Shown piece by piece: positions 55,402 through 64,000 of a stretch of 64,000 nucleotides of DNA. Made by a program: the position numbers and the translations under genes. Source of the stretch: Octopus vulgaris (lineage: Eukaryota); contig OX597827.1 of assembly GCA_951406725.2 (NCBI GenBank), positions 9,610,001 through 9,674,000 of the forward strand. The letters are read 5' to 3'. Under the pieces are notes generated by a model. It was not told where the DNA came from, ran no database searches, and saw nothing but the letters and a program-made list of their open reading frames with translations. Within the stretch, counting starts at the first letter, position 1; every line of letters starts with the position of its first letter.

Positions 55402-56257
55402 TGCTACATTTTCATGAACAATAGTGTTGATGATTAGGTTTCCAATGAGCTACTCACTAGTTCACTGCATTTATGATGGTATGAGCAATGTGGACAACAA
55501 AGGACTTTCTGTGCAACTCAAGCGGAACAAACAATGTGAAGTATTTTTTGTTGGAAAACACTAGTTTATCGGTTTTCTCACTCATGTTTACATCTTCCGC
55601 TGCTATGCACCAGTACAATATGGACATGTACATACGTATATATCCACATGCATACAAATACACATACATATATATATATATATATTTACATCTATCTCAA
55701 AGTATATGTAATATAATATATATATGTATATAATATGATATGTTAATATGTATATATATATATATTCCTTTTTTCCTTTTTCTTTTTATTTGTTTCAGTT
55801 ATTTGAATGTGGCCATGCTGGAGTACTGCCTTTAGTTGAAGAAAATGACCCAGGACTTTTTCTTTGGAAGCCTAGTATTTATGTTATCGGTCTCTTTTGC
55901 CGAACCGCTGAATTTCGGGGACATAAACACCCGAACAGCGGTTGTCAAGCAGTGATTTTAAGGTATCAAGCTGGAACAATGTTTAGTCAAAAGTGCTTAT
56001 TGCTACTTGATAATACACTTGGTCTTATAAATAAACTGACTCTAATTGTTGCACCAATGCGTGAGATAAATTAAAGTGGTAAGAAGTTTGCTTCCCAACC
56101 ATATCGATCTTGGGTTCAATCCCATCGCTCAGCACCTTAGAGAAATGTCTTCTGCTATAGCCCCAGACTTACAAAAGCCTTTGTGAGTGGAATTGGTTAA
56201 TGGAAACTGAAAAGAATTTTGTCATGTCAGCATGAAAGTTAAATGATAATGATGATA

Positions 56258-56415
56258 TGAGGTCTGATCAAAAAGCATCAGGATTGCTACCATGGCAACG
56301 GAGCTAAAGTATGCAGGGTGAAGCCACTTGGCTACTTGGCAGAGACTTGCTCATTTCCATTGTGCATTGGCTCTTGAAACTGGATTCAAATCTGAATTTG
56401 TAACTTCTGATTAAA
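56258..56415. mobile_element. Possible mariner-type terminal fragment
   Basis: TA-tgaggtctgatcaaaaagcatcagga resembles mariner TIR starts. No partner TIR was seen. Confidence 0.35.
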
Positions 56416-56439
56416 ACAAAAAAGAATATTCTTTCATTC

Positions 56440-56835
56440 TATTCTTTTACTTGTTTCAGACATTTGACTGCAGCCATGCTGGAGCACTGCCTTCAGGGGT
56501 TTTAGTCAAACAACTTGACCCCAGGACATATTGTTTTCAAGACTAGTAATTATTCTATCAGTCTCTTTTGCTGAACTGCTAAGTTATGGAGATGTAAAAA
56601 CACCAACACACCCGTTGTCATCCAAAGAAGGGGGACAAACACAGACAAAATGACACATACAAACACACACACACACACAACCATCTTCTTTCAGTTTCCA
56701 CCTACCAAATCCACTCACAAGGCTTTGGTCAGTTCAAGGCTATAGTAGAAGACACTTGTCCAAAGTGCCATGCAATGAGAGAACCATTGAACCTGGAACC
56801 CTGTGGTTGAGAAACAATCCTCTTACCACTGAGTC
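56440..56835 (-). mobile_element. Older SINE family C
   Basis: Family C motifs, CpG-decayed. Confidence 0.8.
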
Positions 56836-57088
56836 ACATTTTCTGTCCTATTTTTCAGTTTTTATCACCAAAACTCAGGACACCCAGAAGAAAGAAGGGC
56901 CAGTCATATAAATCCATCGGAGGAAGCAGCTATTAAGAATGATAGATATATTGTGAAGATGTCCATTAAGGATATGAAAACAGGTGAAATAGTCAGGCCA
57001 GTGAAGTGTTGAAAATATGTACTGTGGGACATTCACCAGTTGCTTGAATGACCAGTTAGGTTGTACAGAAATAGGTTGTTCCCGATAT

Positions 57089-57472
57089 GGAAGCACTCCA
57101 TTGGTTACGACAATGAGGGTTCTGGTTGATCCGAATCAACGGAACAGCCTGCTCGTGAAATTAATGTGTAAGTGGTTGAGCACTCCACAGACACGTGCAC
57201 CCTTAACGTAGTTCTCGGGGATATTCAGCGAGACACAGAGAGTGAAAAGGCCGGCCTCTTGAAATACAGGTACAACAGAAACAGGAAGTAAGAGTGAGAG
57301 AAAGTTGTGGTGAAAGAGTACAGCAGGGATCACCACTACCCCTTGCCGGAGCCTCGTGGAGCTTTTAGGTGTTTTCGCTCAATAAACACTCACAACGCCC
57401 GGTCTGGGAATCGAAATCGCGATCCTATGACCGCGAATCCGCTGCCCTAACCACTGGGCCATTGCACCTCCA
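57089..57472 (-). mobile_element. SINE family B1 inserted in the RTE
   Basis: TSD tgttccc(g/a)ata. Confidence 0.9.
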
Positions 57473-57849
57473 CTGTTCCCAATAACTGGCGTAATCAATA
57501 GCTAAATTAAGTAAATGAAATGCTCTTGAAAGAAGCAACTGCCACAGCAATGAAACTGATGACCAAACTATGAATATAACAGAAAATGAGATAGCATAAT
57601 TAATCAATGATTAAGTTTGCTTAGATGTGATGCAGTTCATGTTTGTGCCAGAAGAGGATGCCATTGATTCCCTCCTCTTCACGAAACAACAACAAAAGAA
57701 ATTCTTAGTTAAAACCAAGCTACCACAACTAGCATTCATTGCCCCCAAAAAAGCCTTTGTTTAGATGTAATGCTCTGTAGTTTGGTGGTTAGTAACAAAA
57801 TTAGGTGTATATAAATAACTTATGGGAGGCCTCCTGCATGACATGTATA

Positions 57850-58081
57850 TAATTCTTTATTGCCCACAAGGGGCTAAACATAGAGGAGACAAACAAGGAT
57901 GGACAAAGGGATTCAGTTGATTACATCGACCCCAGTGCGTAACTGGTACTTTATTTATCGACCACTTAAAGGATGAAAGGCAAAGTTGACCTTGGCAGAA
58001 TTTGAACTCAGATCGTAATGGCAGACGAAATACCGCTAAGCATTTCACCTGGCATACTAATGTTTCTACCAGCTCGCCGCC
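57850..58081 (-). mobile_element. SINE family A inserted in the RTE
   Basis: TSD tgacatgtata. Confidence 0.88.
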
Positions 58082-58516
58082 TGACATGTATAGAGACACT
58101 GTCAACAAAATGAGAGTTGTCAAGAACTTCTGTAATGAATTTGGTGAGCAGATAGGTGTCCACCAAGGCCTCAGAGCTGTGAGAAAAACTTGCAACAAAG
58201 AGGACTGAACAGGTATGTCAATTGATGTACATGGAAGATGCTAGTTGGGTGAAGTCACGACTGTTAATCCAAGTGGAAAGAATCTGAGGAAGAGGAAGGC
58301 CAAAGAGAATACTGGATGAAGCAGTAAGAGGAATATGAAACTCACAAAAGAAGTGACAAGAGACCACAACAATTAACAAGATGCTGCAATGGAGAACATA
58401 CATCCAATCTACGCAAGCATAAAAAAAACTGAGTGAAAGATGATTCTGATGATAATAATCAAGCAGTATTTATCTATATATGTGTGTGTACTTATCTGTG
58501 AATATATATATATATT

Positions 58517-59033
58517 TAGAAAAAAGGGAGAGTTTACGAAAAAAACAAAAGACGAAGACAGGTGGTGTACAAAACAAACAGATGTATTAGTATAATGTTC
58601 AGGAATTGAAAAAGTCTTTAACATTTCGAGCCTATGCTCTTCTTCAGAAAGGGACACAGAAAAAACAAGGAGAGAAAAAAAAGTGTGTGTAGTGGCTAAC
58701 GATCTATCATGGCGTCTGACTCGGACAGTTATAGCCAATTTATAGGGTTACCTAGGTTTTTGCATCTATAAAGCACTTAGTTTTACAGTGTCTCATCAGA
58801 TCGTAATGGCCGATGGCTGATAACTTCTCTCTCAAAAGAAGATCCGTTTTGAAGAGAGGTTATAGGCCATCAGCTATTAGGGTCTGATGAGACGTTGTAA
58901 AGCTAAGTGCTTTATGAACATGAAAATCTGGGTAACCCAATAAACAGGCCATAACTAACTTTATCTAAATACTCTACTGCTCTACAACTTAGAGTGTGCT
59001 TCTCTTTAGGATTTATGATTTACTGACAATAAA
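58517..59033. mobile_element. Composite PLE pseudo-LTR-like insertion in (TA)n, with an inverted duplication (58727-58956) and three hammerhead-like motifs
   Basis: CTGA(A/T)GA cores at 58641-58647 (-), 58793-58799 (-) and 58884-58890 (+), each followed by a hairpin and GAAA/AAAA. Both flanks are (TA)n. Confidence 0.7.
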
Positions 59034-59039
59034 TATATA

Positions 59040-59207
59040 TAGGTTCCAGCATGGATGGGTAGTAAGAAGTTAGGTGCTCAACCACATGGTTCTGGACTCA
59101 GTACTATGGTGTGGCACCTTGGGCAAGTGTCTTCTGCCATAGACTTAGAATGACCAAAGCCTTGTGAATGGATTCAGGAGATGAAAACTGAAAGAAGTTT
59201 GTCATGC

Positions 59208-59240
<33 letters not shown>

Positions 59241-59460
59241 GCAAATATCTATGTATCAGTATCTTTTAGTTTGTGTTTGTCTCTCACTGCTGCTTGACAA
59301 CTGGTACTGGTTTGTTTACATCTCCATAAAGGAGGGTGGTATAGAATAAGTACCAGGCTTAAAAAAAAAAAACTGGGGCACTCTGATTCAACCCTTCAAG
59401 GCATTGCCCCAACATGGCTGTTGTTGAATTACTAAAGCAAGTAAAAGAATAAAAGAATAC
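59040..59460 (+). mobile_element. Old SINE family C
   Basis: Decayed head, (TA)n, body and AAAAGAAT tail. Confidence 0.7.
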
Positions 59461-59468
59461 ATACATAC

Positions 59469-59522
<54 letters not shown>

Positions 59523-59688
59523 ATATATGGGTATATCTACAGATACAGACATATACACATACACCATACACATATAGGTATATATAGTATATATACATAC
59601 ACACAGACACACACACATGAATATATTATATATTTTATATATATGTACTTACATGCATCTATGTGTATGCGAAAGTACATATATATAT

Positions 59689-59743
<55 letters not shown>

Positions 59744-60902
59744 CACACAGATGGATAGTAACAGACAAGGAAATACATGACTACATGACTAGATATAGAC
59801 ACACATGCACACATACACACTCACGCTCATTTGCATATAAGAAAGCGAAAGTAGATATGACTTAAAGTTGCTTCAAGAGAAATATCGGTAGCATTCGAAT
59901 GAAAGGATTTATTGTTGGCTGGGAGTGGGTGACACATGAAAGCTATCAGTTAGAAGTTACATTAGGAGAAGAGGTATCATTAGTTTGGGTTTGAGGCGAT
60001 AAAGAATTGATAGTAACTTGAGGTTACCTGAAAAGAGGTATCGACTAATATACAGCAGTTGGGAAGCGAGAGACTGCCAATGTTTATATCTGGAAGCGAA
60101 ATGGAAAAAAAAAAAAAAAGAAAAAGAAAAAGAAAAAGAAATTAAACAAAAGTGAAGACAGAAATACTGAAAGGCACAGAAAGATGATTTGACAGGAGAA
60201 GGAAATGGAAGAAATCGTTTTTAACAATCTAGACAAGGATGGGTGGTGGGGGTCACATTTGTGTCAAAGGAGCATTGTCATATAGCAGTGGGGTTCTTGT
60301 AAAGTTAGTGACCTGTCTTACATATTCTTTGTATCCTATACTGTACGTTGAAAAACCTGATAGCTGTTAGAGCTTGAGGATGTAAAAATGGAGAGAAGCT
60401 TCAATATTAGGCTACTTCAAGTTGAAAATCTAGAGATGTACAAAAAATATTGTTAATAATATAAATACTGTCCGTATTTTTTTTTTCAAAATACTTTTAT
60501 AATTTGTTTTTTTATTTTAGATGATATATTCTAATGGAATAGGTTACAATTTTGAGAAAGGTGTAGGTTTTATGACAAACCAATATGTCTATGGATATAC
60601 ACTAACACAACTGAGTTGGATGTGCTTATACATATGTATTAAAGAATGTGTGAAAAATACATTTGTAAAGATATATATATATATATACACACACATGCTT
60701 AAGACTGTGTGTAGAATTAATATGTTTGCACAGGCATGGCTGAGTGGTAAGAAGTTTGTTTCCAAACCACACGGATCTGGGTCCAGTCCCACTGTATGGC
60801 ACCTTGGACAAGTATCTTCTACTATAGACTTGGGCCAACCAAAAGCTTCTAAGTGAATTTGGTAGATGGAAACAAAACCTCTGAGTAGCTCCAGCAGTTT
60901 CT

Positions 60903-61134
60903 TATTTCTTTATTGCCCACAAGGGGCTAAACACAGAGGGGGATAAACAAGGACAGACAAAGGGATTAAGTCGATTACATCGACCCCAGTGCATAACTGG
61001 TGCTTAATTTATTGACCCCAAAAGGATGAGGGGAAAAGTCGACCTCGGCGGAATTTGAACTCAGAACGTAATGGCAGACGAAATACTGCTATGCATTTCG
61101 CCCGGTGTGCTAACATTTCTGCCAGCTCACCGCC
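60903..61134 (-). mobile_element. SINE family A, full length
   Basis: 17 bp TSD tagctccagcagtttct. Confidence 0.9.
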
Positions 61135-61453
61135 TTATAGCTCCAGCAGTTTCTGCAATGGACAAGGTATTTCTGATGTTTGTTTCACTTCGTTTATTTC
61201 ACCTGTTATTTTTTTAACCAGGGTGGTAAGAAGAAATATTGAAAGTGGGAGATGCAAACCATTTGAAATAAATGTAGGTGCTGTCATGACTGTGAGGTTA
61301 AGAAGCTTGTTTCCCAACCATGGGATCTTGGTTTCAATCCCACACATGGAACTCTTGGACCTTTTGTCACTCTGGTAAACATTAATAAAAGTATACATAT
61401 ACTCATATTTTGAGTTCTATTTTTCCTGCTTGCACCAACATACCTACACACAC

Positions 61454-61572
<119 letters not shown>

Positions 61573-61714
61573 GAAATGGTGTTCAAGATGAATTGAACCA
61601 AAATATTTTGGTTCAATTTTTCCTGCAGAGTTCGGATAGATAAATGTAACCAGTAATAAAGAATTATCCAAAATTCTGACTGCCTCATTTTTCTTACATA
61701 TATATTCTTTTCAT

Positions 61715-61980
61715 TCCTAGTACTTATTCTATTGGTCCCTTTTGCCAAACTGCTAAGTTACAGGGGACTTAAACACTAACATCAGTTGTCAAGTGATTGT
61801 GGTGGGGGGACAAACACAGATGCACAAGCATATACATATGTATATGACAGGCTTCTTTCAGTTTCCAACAACCATATCTGCTCACAAGGCTTTGGTCAGC
61901 CCGAGGCTATAGTAGAAGACACTTGCCCAAGATGCCATGCAATGGGACTGAACCTGGAGCCATGTGGTTGGCAAGCAAGC
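61715..61980 (-). mobile_element. SINE family C fragment
   Basis: Body and partial head. Confidence 0.75.
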
Positions 61981-62793
61981 TATATATATATATATATAAA
62001 TATATATATACATACACATGTATGTGTGTGTATGAGTGTATGTATGTGTGTGTGTGCATAGGTATGCTTATATGTATGTATATAACTGTCCTAACGACAC
62101 TTCTCTCTCTTCCTCACTCTCAGTAAAAGGCTAAGAGCCACAAAAATTAGATTCTTTCCTCATCATGGCAGCTGTACTTACCAAACTTCAATCACATTTT
62201 TCTATCCATATTTGAACTCATAATCAAAATTCTGTTATTCCCGTTATAACTGTTTTTATACCTGATATGAATGAAGGAATGAATGAATGAATGGGTTTGT
62301 GAAAATCCGGATATCCAGGTATTAAAGTAATGATGGGACAAGAATTTTTATAGCTTCATATGCTCCTAACTATAAAAGAAAAAAAAAAACCCCAAAAAAC
62401 AAGAATTGTTTAATGCTTTTGTGAACAATAACACTATTCATTATGTTACAGGTTTCCAACAAGCTAGGCACTGGTTTACTGAATTTCCTATGGCCAGATT
62501 GACAAAAAGTGTCTGTGCATTTCAACCTGAATAAATACCATTAATATTCAAATGTACTTTCTTACCTATACCTTTTACTTGTTTAAGTTATTGGAGTGTG
62601 GCCATGCTATATCACTACCTTGAAGGGTTTAGTCAAACAATTCGAACCCAGTGCTTATGTTATTTCAAGCCTACTATTTTATACTATTGTTCTCTTCTTC
62701 TGAACTGCTAAGTTATGGGGATGTAAACAAACCAGCATTGGTTGACAAGGACACTGGCACACATACACATGCATATATTTAAATATGCATGTG

Positions 62794-63145
<352 letters not shown>

Positions 63146-63325
63146 TGTATAGTTGTCTAGAAATTCATTTGTGAGAAAGACATGCACTTGTATATATTTT
63201 TCTATCAAGTGGGTATATTAGTCAAATTATACAGTATCATAGAACCACTTCTGCTGATCTCAACAATGGTCAGCTGAAATCATTCTAAAATACTGTATAC
63301 TTCGATTAATATATGTACACGTTTC

Positions 63326-63357
<32 letters not shown>

Positions 63358-64000
63358 CACACAGGCAACACACACATTTATAGACACATACATGCATATA
63401 TACATATATATATGCACATGCACGCATCCGCACAGACACTCACACAGAAACACACACACACACAGAGATACACAAACACACAGACACACACACAAGCACA
63501 CACAGATACACACACAAATACACAAGCACACACACAGTTTTCATCTAACAAATTCACTCACAATGCATTAGTCAGGGGCTAATGAAGAAGATATTTGCTA
63601 AGAGTACAGTAGGATTGAACCCAAAACCATATAGTCGCAAGCCAAGCTTTTCAGCAATACAGAAGTGTGTATCATTTGCTAGTGAAGCAAACTTAAGTGA
63701 AAATAATTTGTGTTTTTCCAAAGGTACAAGACAATATGATTAGTTTGTCAAGTAGATTTGTATTTTAAACCAGCAGTTATCCAATTCTTTTAAAGAGAAT
63801 TACATTATTATTACATTGATTTTTTTTTTCTTGATATAATAGTTTCAAATTCTATGAAAATATTGAAGAAAAATAAAGAAAAGAAATGTATATAAAGTAA
63901 GACATGTTGTTGCACCCCGATCAGTATAAGAAAAAGTAAAATTTTAGTCCAGTCCCTTTCATCAGGGAAGTTTAATAAAGATATAGAGAAAATCTTTGAA

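Larger units (their letters stand above)
56890..58455 (+). mobile_element. Decayed RTE-clade LINE (RT fragments and 3' end), interrupted by two SINEs
   Basis: LDVMQFMFVPEEDAIDSLLFTKQQQKKFL..K.P.LAFI..KKAF from 57621 (like 'DEMQFGF.PGR.TTDAIF..RQLQEK...AFVDLEKAFD'), MYRDTVNKMRV...EF...IGVHQG from ~58086, then GRGRPKR and a (GAT)n-type tail. Confidence 0.8.

Noticed and set aside
56286-56299. RFX X-box-like GCTACCATGGCAAC (a similar motif lies at ~4996)
   Set aside because: It lies in a probable transposon fragment, and there is no promoter or gene context.
60521-60560. Candidate plus-strand micro-exon after a strong T-rich acceptor
   Set aside because: Poor donor (GTGTAG). Such acceptor-like runs are common in this AT-rich DNA.

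Overview
AT-rich, repeat-dominated eukaryotic DNA with no supportable host-gene exon. It is intronic or intergenic, and is most likely octopus/coleoid cephalopod (inferred from the SINE and microsatellite landscape). It contains dozens of tRNA-derived SINEs of several families, many with clear target-site duplications (TSDs). It also holds piggyBac-type and Tigger/pogo-type MITEs, decayed RTE-clade LINEs, a Penelope-like element (PLE) remnant with a GIY-YIG endonuclease, and long (TA)n, (GATA)n, (TATG)n and trinucleotide tracts. Almost all supplied ORFs are microsatellite or SINE read-through artefacts. The most notable observations are: (1) a SINE family that inserts into relatives and multimerises at the same internal GGTAT site, giving a 6 x 186 bp array; (2) hammerhead-ribozyme-like motifs in elements embedded in (TA)n, including a head-to-head double-hammerhead palindrome; (3) an RTE remnant with three C-terminal C2H2 fingers; (4) near-perfect fold-back palindromes and short dispersed local duplications; (5) modular head/tail shuffling among SINEs. 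Family letters A-E are my own labels, and identities were estimated by eye.
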